Positions 51,301 to 64,000 of a stretch of 64,000 nt of DNA are shown here, in pieces. Every line of letters starts with the position of its first letter. The first letter of the stretch is position 1. The DNA is from Antedon mediterranea. Its lineage: Eukaryota; Animalia; Echinodermata. The stretch is taken from contig NC_092674.1 in assembly GCF_964355755.1 (NCBI RefSeq), forward strand, positions 24,366,001 to 24,430,000, given 5' to 3'. The position numbers and the translations under genes were made by a program. The notes under the pieces are model-generated. The model did no database searches. It was not told where the DNA came from and was given only the letters and a program-made list of their open reading frames with translations.

Positions 51301-54300
51301 AGCCAGTTTAGAGTATTTATTAAAACAGTGTTGTGAAGTTGTCATATTGATTCTAAACTGAATATGATACTTCCCCTACATTTGATATTGTGTTTTTAAT
51401 CAACTAATGTCTCCATGTGTTAATGATGTGTTACAATAGTTTATTCTACCTATTGACTATAATAATTACTATACTACGTCGAGTAGCGTTGCATTTATTA
51501 TGCAAACAGCTTGAGTTTGTACGCATTACGTCATTCACAGAGTTTAGTGTTTATTTGTGTGAGATTTCATTGAAAATATCCTTAATTTTGGACTATCTCA
51601 AGTACTGTAATTATGATAATTATAATAGAAATTTAAGAAAAAGCAGCCTATAAAATCAATGACAAAGACCGGAAATGTTCATGATGTTTTCTGTTAACAT
51701 TGATTTTTATGACACTAGATCTTTACTAGGAATGTATAAATGATAATTTATTAACACCAGGAAAATAGTAATAACTGAATAACTGTAACCAGATAAATTA
51801 AAACGATTGTATTCCAAGTATAAGAGACACAAAAAATAAGAATGGGTGGCGGAGCAGTTATGACAGTAATATTGGCAAGAATTTGCTCCATGGTTCTTGT
51901 TGTAGAACGAGTCTTCTCGGTTAAGGACTATATAAGCCGTAGGTCCAGTGTACACATCTGGCTCATGTGCACTATCTTTCGAGACGAGTAAGGGTTACCC
52001 TGGTGTACTAGTTCACACTCAGCCACTATCACACTCATCATAAACACGGTCTTTGACTGAAGAGGTTATCCAGTTTTAAAAATGATATTAATGATCTACT
52101 GAATTTGATAATTTTCAAGTAGATTGTTGAATATCCCATCGTTTTATTTAATAAATAAAGAAATACAAAGAATATATATTTGCCATAGCTTCACCAAGTT
52201 CTTGAGATTTCGTGAATGATAGTTATGTTGGATTTGTTGCAAAATTGTGATTGATGATAGAAATGACCAAAAACAGACATACATAATGCCTACATTGAAA
52301 ACTGAGCTAGTAAGAAGTTATTACAAATAATATTTTATGATGTACACCTTTCTGTATGTATGCATTACACCGTTTAATTGTCATTTAAACTTTACATTGC
52401 TGGTAAAAACTAAATAAATATTTTTTTTTTTCCTTTTATAGTCATCACCAAATAGAAAACCGTTAGCTAGTATAGCATCACTACCAACGCCGACTCAAAC
52501 CCAGGCATCGGTAGAAGTGAAACCATCGACAGATCTGCTGGCAGACCTCGGAGGTGATCCCTTTGGTGGAGCTCCTGCAGGTGAGGTTATTTAAATAGAA
52601 ATTAACATACATCCTCAGGTGACATTTTCATTTAAAGTCCCATTCTCTACGTTGTTTAGATCTACTGTAATTTAAGGTCACAATCTACATTGTAATGTAA
52701 AAATAAATACTATATGGTCCTATTGAGATAACTTTTTTTGTCTTTAATGGTTAAAAATGTGGCAAATAAGGCGATTCTAATAATTTTAGCGGCCCGCTAT
52801 AAATCCCAACATGCATTGCGCGCAGATTGATATTTTTGTTTTTCTTCTGTAATTCACCCACTTTTCGAGTGAGGCCATAACAAAAGGGAGACTCCTAACT
52901 TTTCAGCAAAAATACTGGGTTTCTCCAAATTTGTATCAACGGAGTCTGGCAAAAACAGAAAGATAATTAATGCAGCAACTATACAACGTCAGGCTAGGCC
53001 TAAACATCACAAATTGTAGGGAATGGGTCTTTTACAATTGTGTTTAGCCAATTGCTGATTAATCTGAATTTGGAGGGGAAATAGGTTTGAATTGCATTAA
53101 TACACCATTTGATAAATGCGTAACAATAAGGTGGAATTGTTTCGCATTTGGCATGCTGCTACGGCAACATTGACACATGGATCCTGCTAATTAGTTACAT
53201 TCAATTGTGGTGAACGGTGCATATCCAAGTTATTATATCGTACATTATAACCAAATGCATATAGTAGTCAATGCATCTCGTAAGTACTGTACCGTCCCTC
53301 TCAAACCATATTCTATCATGCAGTGTCGAGTGTTGTTTATTTTTGTCAACCAAATAGCCATGTATAAAATCCAATAAAAATGTTAACTTAAACGTTTATT
53401 ACTAGAATTGCCATATGTTGCTATTGTATATAAAGTAAATCTACCAGCTGTGGTGTTGTCATCAGCCATAATATAGGCTCATTCAGGAAGTATAAACTAT
53501 TACTGTGCAATAGCAAACACTGGGCCTAGGGATGTTTCACAGTAAAAAGGAAATGGGCTGGTGTAATGTAATGTTATACTGTAAGGCTCTGTCTACACTA
53601 TCAAACTAGTTTGACAACAAAAGAGTGAGTGCCCAAATATGGTAGTGATAATGCTTTAAATATGGTAGTGATAATGCTTTAAATATGGTAGTGATAATGC
53701 TTTAAATATGGTAGTGATAATGCTTTAAATATGGTAGTGATAATGCTTTAAATATGGTAGTGATAATGCTTTAAATATGGTAGTGATGACATTGTGTCTA
53801 TATATGGGCACATTACATTTCTTGATCACATAAAGTTTGATAGTGTATTAAGACAGAGCCTAATATATTTAATACACATTACTGATTGTATGTCAAACAA
53901 CATTTATTTTCATTTAGGTAACATTATTTGTGACAGTAAGTAAATTATGTGAAATAAAAAATAGACTATAGGAAATGTTATGCATAATTTTTTTTTTTGG
54001 AAATTGTATAAGATGAATAAATCAAAACGTTGCTACTGTATTAAAATATTTCTGTAGGAGAAGTTTAAGTATGTTCCTCAATCTCAAGGTACAAAATACA
54101 TACAACCAAAAAATCTATAATAATTTTTTTTTTCTGTGAATTGTAAACTCGTCAAGTAAAAATGTTTGTGTTTTTTTAGCTGGTGGGAATGCTGGAGGAT
54201 TTGCTGATTTTGGTTCAGCTTTCGGTGGAGCGCAACAACCATTTGGTGGTGGAGCACAACAGCCTTTTGGTGGTGGAGCGCAACAACCATTTGGTGGTGG

Positions 54301-57300
54301 AGCGCAACAACCATTTGGTGGTGGAGCGCAACAACCATTTGGTGGTGGAGCGCAACAACCATTTGGTGGCGGAGCACAACAGCCATTTGGTGCACCTACA
54401 AATCAACAAACAAGTGCTGGTTTCGGTCAACCTGTTCAACAAAATGCTGCGATTGCAGGTAACTTTTTCGTTTAGACTTTATTGGTTAAAATGGATCTGA
54501 AATGGACTTTAGATTTTCAAGAAATTCACACATGTTATTTAAATGTATCAAATTAACACAAGCCCATACAAATAAAAACAAAATGTATAGTATTTTGGAA
54601 AAAAACCGAAATTTTAAGATACCTTGGTAAATTAGCGAAAATTACTCATATTCTATTTCGAAGGCCGTCGGGGGCATCTATATTCACGACGTCACATATA
54701 CACTCGACGATATTAAGAGCGTGTATGCCGCCCTATAGACGTCCGTGAATGATCGACGGCCTGGAAAGATACGCGAAGTTTTGACACTAATACTAATTTA
54801 TTCAATATATAATGTTGTTGAAATATAGTGCCCTAAAATGTACTTTGTTCTAAAACCTGAATTTAGAGCCCCAGCGCGCGGAGTCAATCCACCACCCACC
54901 CATGCGAGGCTCCGTTTCATGTTCATCCAAAGCGATATCAACAACTTGCTGCTCATTGTCAAGCCAAAGTAAAATATGAATCAAATTCGTTTTTGAACTG
55001 CCTGATTCGTGACAAATAAATTATCATCTCATATTACTAATTTAATTCTAAACTAAAAACTAAAGAAACTAACACATTTTAGCAGTATAAATTACGAACG
55101 ATACAAAATACATGAACGGAAAATATGGATACGGATCATTGCACACAGCGCTGTATCCCAGACAACGTTGCCAGGCTAACGTCGGTATTGCCAGAAAAAA
55201 AGGTTGATTTGGAGATTTTAGAACGTCATTTACTCGATGAATAACCGTTTATACGGTAATAATTTTATCTAAAAAAAATCTAAATACGTTTCTGCAAAAG
55301 CACAAGCATTTTTTAGAAAATACTCTATAGATTTCAAGAGTTATAGCCAAAAAACTGCAAATTGTCCATTGGAGGGATAGGAATATATTCGCAAAGTGAC
55401 GTCACCCGCGAATTTTTTTGATTTTCAAATGGGGCTTTCCCCAAAATGGCGAATTTATATTTTGTAACAATATACATTCTAGCAACACCTAATAGCCCCC
55501 AAAACATCATTCTAAAATTTAAAAAAAGAAAATCTATTTCAGGTCCATTTTAATTGAACATATTACTTATCTACTGGGTCATACTGTGCTAATTTAATTC
55601 TGTTTAGTCTATTTTGAAATATTACTATAGATTTTCTTTGTCTTGACTGCAACTGCTTTTTAAAATTTGTTTTCTCTTTATTCTTTCTCTATAGTTATAC
55701 TGATAATATCAATTTGTTAACGATGTGTCACTCATATGTACTATTTACATACAAATGGTATTTGTGATATGAGTGCACATAATGACTTTTCGACTCAATA
55801 GCTGTATCATACTGCTGTTGAGTCAAAATGTAATTCCGATGGAACGATATATATGCGAATACTCATACCTTTGGGCATGTCCACTTTAAGGCATGATAGG
55901 TTGATTAGTCCATTATTATAGAGGGATATTGAATGCAATTTTTTTTTCATGTCATAGCTCTCCCTTAGGAGAGTATAGGTTATTGTCGGTTTATCTAGGT
56001 AAGCGCCACAGTTGCTTTGTGTAACTCGATTGAAGTGTGTAAACTAATGTTTAAACATGCGTTGTTTTTCTAGCTTTCATGCAGCAAAGCCAAGGCGTGA
56101 CCAACAACCAAGGTGGTTTTGCGTCATTCCCACCCACATCATCCGCACAATCAAATGTCAACCAGACCAATCAGAATCTACAAAACCTTAACATATCACA
56201 ACCTGCAGGAGACAAGTATGCAGCATTATCAAATTTACTAGATTCAAATCAGCCTGCAGAACCCAACATCAATTGGGGAGGCGGTGGCGCCACCTCATCG
56301 AGTGGATCGATCGACTGGGGCATAACTGGTAGTTCATCTAGTAGTACTTCATTAGGTTCTTCAAAAGGCAGTCAACCAACTATGGTTGGCTTGCCAGGTC
56401 CACAGGCGTCAAAGTTTGGTGGCGCTGCACAAGGAAACAATTTTAATACTGCTTTTGGGACGCCACCATCATCAAACGCTTTTGGTGCTCAGGGTTCAGC
56501 GTCATTTGGGAATCAAGGCGTGAACGCTTTCGCAGGACAACAGCCTAATGCATTCGCGGCGCAACAGACTAATGCATTCGGTATGCCATCTGGGAACACA
56601 TTTGGAGCACCACCAACGTCAAATGCATTTGGAGCGCCACCAACGTCAAATACATTTGGAGCACCACCAACGTCAAATGCGTTTGGAGTATCACAAGCTA
56701 ACAACGCTTTTAGTACTGCACAGATGTCAAATTTTGGAGCTACACCCGCAAACAATGCGTTTGGTGGAGCGCCAAATAATAACCAGTTTGGAGTACAAAA
56801 ACCAAACGCATTTGGACAAACAGCTGGTGAGTTTGAACTCAATAGTTTTCATTTATTTCCTGTTCTTGTTGATTGTTGAATAGTAAAAAAATATTTTTAT
56901 TGTCAAATTTTATATGACAATAATAGTAATAATGGCCGAAATATTTAAATAGCGCATCCTCTGTCAGTCTCTGTATTTCACTCAATTCTAGGTTGCTTGA
57001 CTTAATGACTTTTTTTGTCAGTTTTTAATAATAACTTTCTTGTCTTTATTATATATTTTATCAGTAAATAATCCATTTGCCGGTGTCGGAGGGCCAACAC
57101 AGACAACTGCAAGTAACCCATTTTTAGGAGTGGCGCCTGGTACTCAAATGTCACAATCAAATGGCATGTATGGTGCTGGCGGGGCCGGTGCAGCTCCTGG
57201 AGCACAACAAGGCTTTGGACAATTTGGGCAACCTGCTCAGTTTGGTATGCCCGCACAAGTAAACGGTTCATTTGGCCAGGTGCCGCAACAGAACCCACAT

Positions 57301-57993
57301 ACAATGAGTTTTGGTACGGCTGGCATGACAGCAATGGCTGCCAACCAATTTGGTAAACCAGCACAGGCTACAGGGTTCGGTCAGCAGCAGGCGTTTGGCG
57401 CTCCACAAGGAAGTGGTGTAGCAGCCGGAGCAGGATTTCCATCTTGGAACAACAATTCACAAAACACAGCAGCAGCAAGTAATCCATTCATGGTAAGTTG
57501 TACTGTTCTTCATGTACCATAGAACCTACCTACCAGCCAAATAGTTCGATCCTCAGCAATTGTTTTAGTAATTGATCAGAGAATCATGTCAAAATTAATA
57601 TACTAATGCAGTTACTACAGTAACAACATTTTTCAAGATTTACTGTCAATGTAGCAATTTCCAAGACATCACTGTAGTATTGTTTGTTAATTATCAAAAC
57701 AACAAAGCTTGAAATAATCGCTTGTTAAATAATAAACAAAACATAGTTACTGCAATAGATTAAATTTGTGTTTAAATTAAATTTACTAAATTACTAAAAA
57801 CTATTTTCAGTTCATCTGAACCACAGAAAAGGCTCTACAATTGCAGGCAGGTATTTTTGAATTTATATTTATGCATTTTGAATTAACTAACTAATTACAT
57901 TTTCTCTTTATTTTTCATTTTTAGGGTGGTGCTTTTATGGCACAATCTGCTGCCCCAAAGCCTCAAGGAAGTTCAAATAATCCATTCCTGTAG
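45318..57993 (+). CDS. AGFG1: Arf-GAP domain and FG repeat-containing protein 1 (Hrb/RIP/drongo homologue), ~732 aa, 8 exons
   Basis: Exons 45318-45478, 48666-48759, 50071-50346, 52442-52580, 54180-54458, 56074-56826, 57065-57492, 57925-57993 (TAG), totalling 2199 nt and phase-consistent. ArfGAP zinc finger CFDCHQRGPTYVNMKIGSFVCTSCSGILRGINPPHRVKSISMASY, KYERKRWY, DLLADLGGDPF, GFADF, DKYAALSNL, FG repeats, NPF motifs, C-terminal NNPFL. Confidence 0.95.
46543..46744. mobile_element. hAT-like MITE with 6-bp TSD
   Basis: TIR CAGGCCTTGTCTTTT...AAAAGACAAGGCCTG flanked by ATCTTC (46537-46542, 46745-46750). Confidence 0.8.
47628..48220. mobile_element. Kolobok-like TTAA-flanked element
   Basis: TTAA|AGGCCAGGTGCGGGCA...TGCCTGTACCTGAGCT|TTAA (imperfect TIRs). 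Confidence 0.6.
51840..52085 (+). mobile_element. tRNA-derived SINE copy
   Basis: Reverse-complement similarity to 38690-38980 (CTCGGTTAAGGACTATATAAGCCGTAGGTCCAGTGTACACATCT...GACTGAAGAGG). Confidence 0.65.
52636..53031. mobile_element. Kolobok-like MITE
   Basis: TTAA|AGTCCCATTCTCTAC...GTAGGGAATGGGTCT|TTTA. Confidence 0.55.
53585..53860. mobile_element. Family-B MITE carrying an internal 23-bp tandem expansion
   Basis: GGCTCTGTCTACACTATC...AGACAGAGCC with (AAATATGGTAGTGATAATGCTTT) x ~6.5 at 53635-53787. Confidence 0.85.
54490..55549. mobile_element. Kolobok-like TTAA-flanked non-autonomous element (~1.06 kb)
   Basis: TTAA|AATGGATCTGAAATGGACTTT...AAATCTATTTCAGGTCCATT|TTAA. Confidence 0.7.
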
Positions 57994-58351
57994 CCAGTTA
58001 TTGATCGCAGGTAGAAAAGAACCATAACAAGTAAAGCACAGAATATAATTTGCCAATATATTCTGACAGAATACTACTGTGTACTCCTATAAATAGGGCA
58101 TTGACAAAATGATGGGGTCTACTATCCAGAAACTTGAGGATTCCCACTGACCATTCACAACACACTATCGTATCATTATTAAAACATTATGAGTGTTCAC
58201 CGAATGACTTTTATACTCAACAGCTGCGTAGCATGGTTCATCATGAAAATTAGAAAGGGGGCTACTGTATGATACCCTAATCCCTGATCATTGGAAGTTT
58301 CAAATGAAATAAAACTTTCTTATTTTTTTTTTTAGTATGGGATTGTCAGAG

Positions 58352-58565
58352 TACAGTAGAACCTTTGGGACACCCATATTAAGGGGACACCCTATTCAGG
58401 GGACACCCTATTCAGGGGACACTTATTAAAGGGACAATTTCCTGTGAATTGAAAAAGAGATTATATATGCTTTAACACTATGACCAACTCTTTTTCAGGG
58501 AACACCCCTATCTTAGGGACATTTTGTTGGGTCAAGGTTGTCCCCTTAATAGAGGTTCTACTGTA
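58352..58565. mobile_element. Tc1/mariner-like MITE (GGGGACAC family)
   Basis: TA|CAGTAGAACCT...AGGTTCTACTG|TA with internal AGGGGACAC repeats. Confidence 0.75.
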
Positions 58566-60428
58566 TTGCAATCTCAATCCTCAAAAGATTCATAATTTTC
58601 AGAAACTTGAGTGTGCCATGAATAGCGGTGCCATCAGAGTTGATACACCCATGGTGTTATACTTAATGATGCAAGGTCGTATAATTTTTCACCCACGAAT
58701 TTGGGATCTGCGACAATGTATTTTTCCGATAAATACTATTTTAATTATTGTAACTAATAACCTACCTATAGTAAAATAAATCAAGTGCAAATATTTTAAA
58801 CTTTCATTAAATGAAAAGCAAATATCCATTATAAAGCAGTTTTCAATAATTATACCCAGTATAAAAATTTTTTACTTAGAAAAGAAAAATCTGACAGCAA
58901 AATTGACAACATCCTCATCTTTAATTATAAAATATTTTATAATAAAATTTATATCAAAAACACATGGCCCAACGTATACAGTATTTTAAATACATACCAC
59001 AACCAAACGGTTTTATAACATTTTTTAAGTCAAATCCAGAAGGTGTAATAACTGTTTTTGAAATAGCGTGTGTAAAAGGAGATGCCCGTTCTTTTCCAAC
59101 TTTGCCAAGTCTGAAAAAACATCACAGTATGTGATTGATGTTTGTTTGTAAATAATTTATATAATGCACTCTAAAATATGTATTAAATCTAGTTCCAGTT
59201 TATTGTATAAAATGTTTAATGGTATAAAACATGGATGAAAATACTAAACTTATGTACAGACAATATTAACAGAAGACAAATTTGTTTCAGCACAACAAAA
59301 AACTGTATTACACAAAAAAACAATAATATTTAAATTAGGGAAAATTTAAAGTAAAACGGTGGATTGGTTAAACTATCAAATGTGAATATGTTTTACAATA
59401 TAGTCCCTACAAAAATTTGAACAGTAATTAAATTGCTGGTTAATAGAAGAATCAACTTGGAAAAATAAAATATGATAGTATATTAATCAAAAAATAATTC
59501 AAATTCCAATAGAAAGTGTTAAAATCATAGAAAACCAACAGTTGGTATTTGTCTATTTTGATGCCCAAACACTAATCTAATCTCAAGATTTTTTGGATAC
59601 TTAAAAAATTTAATTGTCAAGAATATTATATTTTCACTGCTAGTTATAATTATATAATCAGTGGAACACCTATTAAGGGGACACCATCTGAATCCAAGTG
59701 TCCCCTAAATAGTGGTGTCTCAAAGCAGTTCTACTATACCTGCAATACCAAGTTGATTTAGATTTGTTTGTGACCAAATAATGTTTATATTATATTATTG
59801 ATATTATTATTATTACGTTCTTTTAGAATTTATCAGAAAGTTATATATTACATATAAAATCAATTTTATTTCGTATATGTTTAATTTTTTTGTTAAGAAA
59901 TGAAATTATTGAAATATTTAGAAATTAAGTGTAAAAAGTTATTCCAAAAAGTTAACTGAAATTTAAAATTTCTGTTGATTTATTTATAAACTGTGGGTAT
60001 TCTTAAACTTGTATTCAGTCTATAAGAATCCCAAATTTCTGATAAAAGATTGCATATATATTTAAATTTCGAAAAGTCACTGAAATTCTCTGAAAATCAT
60101 TACTGAATATTAAGCCTGTTTTCCACTAGATGAATTTATTCGCTATAAACACGGATTTGATTTTTTAGTTGCATAGAAAGAAATGGATATATGAATACGC
60201 TTCAAGTGCATAACCCAACGTTTTGAGTTAGCATGATAAATTCACCTAGTGGAAAATGATCTTTAAACAGAAACAAAAGTTTCTCCGTTGTGAGAAAATT
60301 GTGAATAGTTTTCATAGTACGGTATTTAGTTGATAATTAATCGGTGTACTGTTTTTGAAACTTGCTTTTAGGAGTACAGTAGAATCCCTCCTTCGGGATC
60401 GTCAAAGTGTTCCCAAAAAAGGGATTCT

Positions 60429-60630
60429 CAGGCCTTGTCTTTTAAAGCGAGCGAGTGCGATCACTCACCTAACACACTCCTAAACTGCCCTTGAGGAGTG
60501 CGATTTACAACGTGCTTAAATTTGGCAAACTTCTACGCACCAAAATACAAACAGCACACCTACAGCACCCCTGAATGTATTGAGAAGTGCAATTTGTAGC
60601 ACACCTATAATTTTCAAAAGACAAGGCCTG
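60429..60630. mobile_element. Second copy of the 6-bp-TSD hAT-like MITE, nested in a Tc1-like MITE
   Basis: Same TIRs as 46543-46744 with the interior reversed. Flanks are GATTCT/GGTTCT. Host element TACAGTAGAATCCC (60375) ... GGTTCTAGTGTA. Confidence 0.75.
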
Positions 60631-61359
60631 GGTTCTAGTGTATTGTTTTCACCACCAGGATCTGAGTATACTCACAAACTCCTAACTCACTCAGTGTTAG
60701 GATAGCTTCTATGATTGACCACACTAGTTGGTTTGTAAGGATTCTCAGATTTCCGATTCATTGATGCGAATACAACACTTCATCATTCCACTGAAGCTGC
60801 ATTCACATTGAGCACAGATTTTAATGCAATGGTAGGATATAACATTGGTGTAATGTAGCCCAAAGTTTTCTTCAAAGGCTAAAAGTGCTGAAATATGTGG
60901 CCTCAATGTGAACGTACAGTAGGTTACAACACAGATTAAATTACAAAATGTATTCAACATAGTTTACAAGATTGTATAGAAAAATGCGATGTGCAAAAAT
61001 ACCCAAACAAATCAAATTTAAAGACATACTATGGGGGACTGTGAAAAGTATTTTTTATATGTAAATAAATAATTGGTAATGTATATGTTTCTTTTGAAGT
61101 TAGCACTTTAGGTATAATGATCAATGAATTTATGTGTGTACAACTTAATTCCAGTATTTCAGGTAGATAAGAATTATTATTAGTACATTGTGTAATATAT
61201 AAAAATTGATCAACTTCAACTGTATTTTGACTGAGGGATGATTTATGTTAGAAATTTGGTTCAGGTGGCAAAATAGCTACGGTTCAGTGTTGGTGTTTTG
61301 GGTTATTCAGTTTGAAAGAGAACAGCACTTTCCCCTTGGCTTTTGTCTTGCCTTGTATA

Positions 61360-61556
61360 CAGTGTTGTAACGGCTATGAAGCGCTCACTGGCTAAACCCA
61401 GGCCCCGGAGCTTGACGAGGGCCGCTGAGCAGTGCCCAGAGGAAAAAAGACCTTAAAATATGTCGAAAAAGGCTAAAAACGCCCGAGGCCTCCAATGTTG
61501 GAGGGCCACTTACGGTTCCTAAACCAGGGGCCTCAGGCCTCTGCGTTACACCACTG
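61360..61556. mobile_element. hAT-like MITE with 8-bp TSD
   Basis: CAGTGTTGTAACG...CGTTACACCACTG, exact TSD CTTGTATA (61352-61359, 61557-61564). Confidence 0.85.
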
Positions 61557-62484
61557 CTTGTATAAAGGAATCATGTCAAAATATTCTACTGCAGTAATTG
61601 CAATAAAAGTATGATTTTAGTTTGTGTGAAAGATGTATGTATGATTATTAAAAAAAAAAAATTCCTAAACTTAGAAATATAGTTACTGCAGTAGCTGGAG
61701 TAGAATAATTTTGAGATGATCACTACAGTAACTGGTATACATATAAGCCTTTTTGTCAATGGTATAACTGTAAACACATTGCTCTTCATATGTAGAAAAA
61801 TGTGTATGAGGAATGATGTCATATAATAATGACATCATAGAATAATGACGTCATAGAATAATGATGTCATTTTTCGTGTCGATTTTCAGAATCTATATAA
61901 ATGTCCATATTGTAAATTCTGGGTATTTCACGATTTCTGTTTTTGTTTTTTGTTATTTCACAATAATTATGATTAATAATACGGTGCTTGTAATCAAATA
62001 TACTGCAACAATTATTATTATTTTTTACTTTTAAGAATTATCTTGAAACAATATGATTGATTACGTTTATTTATTGCGTACATCCTTATCACTTACTGCC
62101 ATATAAGGTCATATGATAAGAAAACTGGGTAGAGCTTTTTGGGAGAGTTTATACTATTGTTGTATTGCTATCGACCTAAAGCCTCATTCACACTGGGCTG
62201 CTTGTACGGAAAGGGCTTTGTTATGTAACCAACGACTAGTTTGCACCAAGAAAAGTCCTTTAAGTTACGAAACTAAAGCTATGTTCGCACTGAGCTGCTT
62301 TTTAGTACAAATAAGGTCTAGTAATGAGAATAAGAAAAAAAAAATTTGCGTTGTAGGTCTGCTTGTAAATCACTGTCCAATTTGATAACATACACCTTAT
62401 TTTTGCCATAACATTTAATTTGAAACAAAGAAAAATGAATTTATGTGCTTGCCATATTATACAATAATTATATTCTATTTCTAA

Positions 62485-62636
62485 AGCTTGATTCCCACTA
62501 GGACAAAATGCAAGGACGTAAATGCAAGCGTGTTGACCAATGTCAAGCAACATTTCGAATATTCATCACTTGTGATTGGTCAACTAACTTACATTGCATT
62601 ACGTCCTAGTGTTGCGTCTTGATTGGGAACCAAGCA
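62485..62636. mobile_element. Family-A PIF/Harbinger-like MITE
   Basis: TAA|AGCTTGATTCCCACTAG...TGGGAACCAAGCA|TTA. Confidence 0.75.
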
Positions 62637-63409
62637 TTAATAAGATGGCAGGGCTTTTGATTCTGTTGTACAAACTCTGAATTATTACACTACAGTGGGT
62701 GAAGAACTCAGCATCATTTGTATTTGTATTATAAACATGTATTGAAATGCACATGGATAATTTTTACAAAACAATGTGAGCATATTATGGTGTTAAAAAA
62801 ATAAAAGGGTCGACATTTTTCTATATAAATTTTTACTGTATTATCCGATAATAATGCCATATGCGCATATGATCTTATCAACACCCTCTTATAGAGCCCT
62901 AGTAGTCATTTATATCAACTAATTTAAAAGTGGCAAAATTTTGCCATATATATACTATACTTTACTATAGTCAAAATATTGAATGTTTAAAATATATATT
63001 GAGGTAACATTATGTGATTCTGCGCATGCCATTTTTTCAAAAAATAAAAGGATCAACATGTTTCTATTTTTCGAAGATTTTCCTGTACTATAGTACAGGT
63101 ATTATTTTGAAAAATGTGTAGGCCACATTATTATTATTATGTGATTCTGAACATGCCATTTAAAAATAAATTAAAACGATCACAATTTGGAAATTGTTCC
63201 AAAATTTCTTTTTCCCCGGTGGCTCATGACATAAAATATAAAAATGAAAAAGAGATCCTTTATATATTTAATTGGTGTACTTTTTCTTAAAGACAAGAGT
63301 TAGATTATGAACGTTTTTACATATATATATATATATATAATAATTTTAAGTTTATTGATTTGATTATTGAAGATATCAAAAACTTTTTCATGAAAAATAC
63401 TCTAGGGTA

Positions 63410-63810
63410 GAGGGCGCATGCAGTAAAATATCGACATGATGTGTGTGCATTGTTGCGTGACCATAACAACAACTTTGCAGGCCGGGCTAGGATCCTACCT
63501 AGTAGCCTTAGAGGGCCCAGAAGAAACGAAGGTAAGCCTAGGCCTAGATTTACAAATCATCGATTAAATGTTACAATAATACATCTGAGTGATAGTTACC
63601 CTAGTTTAGAGAGAGTTTTTTAGGCCTAGCCTAGCATACCTAGAATTAGGCCCTACTACACTGGAGTGGAGGCTAGCTAAAGACTAGCTCGCCTGCTGAG
63701 TGAGCCTAGGCAGGCCTAGGCTAGCTAGAGACTAGGGCGCAGGCTTCTATCTAGTCTAGCCGGTACTCTAGAGAGGTAGAGTGCTAGCTTTCTAGGTCTG
63801 GGTAGGTCTA
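63410..63810 (+). promoter_or_regulatory. Possible promoter/first exon of the next gene, followed by a CTAG/AGGCCT-rich tract
   Basis: NRF1-like GCGCATGC at about 63414, ATG at 63436 open to a donor AAG|GTAAGC at 63531. A CTAG-rich tract like the one in CATSPERD intron 1 (44430-44600) follows. Confidence 0.3.
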
Positions 63811-64000
63811 AGCCATATGATACTATATTTGGCTTTTTTAATTAGGGTTGTGTTTGACACCTCCCTGCTATAAATGTTCCTACTTTACACTTTAAACAAT
63901 ATAAATTGATAATATTATTTTTGTTTATTTAAAAACTTATTAATTAAATTAGTGTACTTTTTAATTAGTCTTACAGTCTGGTTATCAATGTCATCAACAG

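Noticed and set aside
54084-54500. Repetitive ORFs (HHQMVVAL, VVERNNHL, TTKWLLRS)
   Set aside because: These are alternative frames or the antisense strand of the AGFG1 exon 5 GGGAQQPF repeat.

Overview
AT-rich, intron-rich, repeat-dense animal genomic DNA, probably a marine invertebrate (an echinoderm-like origin is my inference). I reconstructed three multi-exon genes by hand with phase-consistent splice sites. (1) An Aa_trans-family amino-acid transporter (- strand, 14978-25112), whose exon 2 is split by a 5.2-kb Academ-like foldback DNA transposon that introduces an immediate stop. (2) A 20-exon CatSper delta (CATSPERD, - strand, 34077-45020). (3) AGFG1/Hrb (+ strand, 45318-57993), head-to-head with CATSPERD and only 297 bp from its ATG. 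There is also a probable first, signal-peptide exon of a further gene (11899-12046, -). A young BEL/Pao LTR retrotransposon (28062-33732; LTRs about 99% identical, 5-bp TSD) lacks a tRNA primer-binding site. In its place is a 10-nt perfect complement of the predicted 5' end of its own transcript, which suggests Tf1-like self-priming in a BEL/Pao element; this is the most notable signal. The rest is MITEs (hAT-, PIF/Harbinger-, Kolobok-, Tc1-, Sola-like), Helentron-like elements, SINEs and minisatellites.
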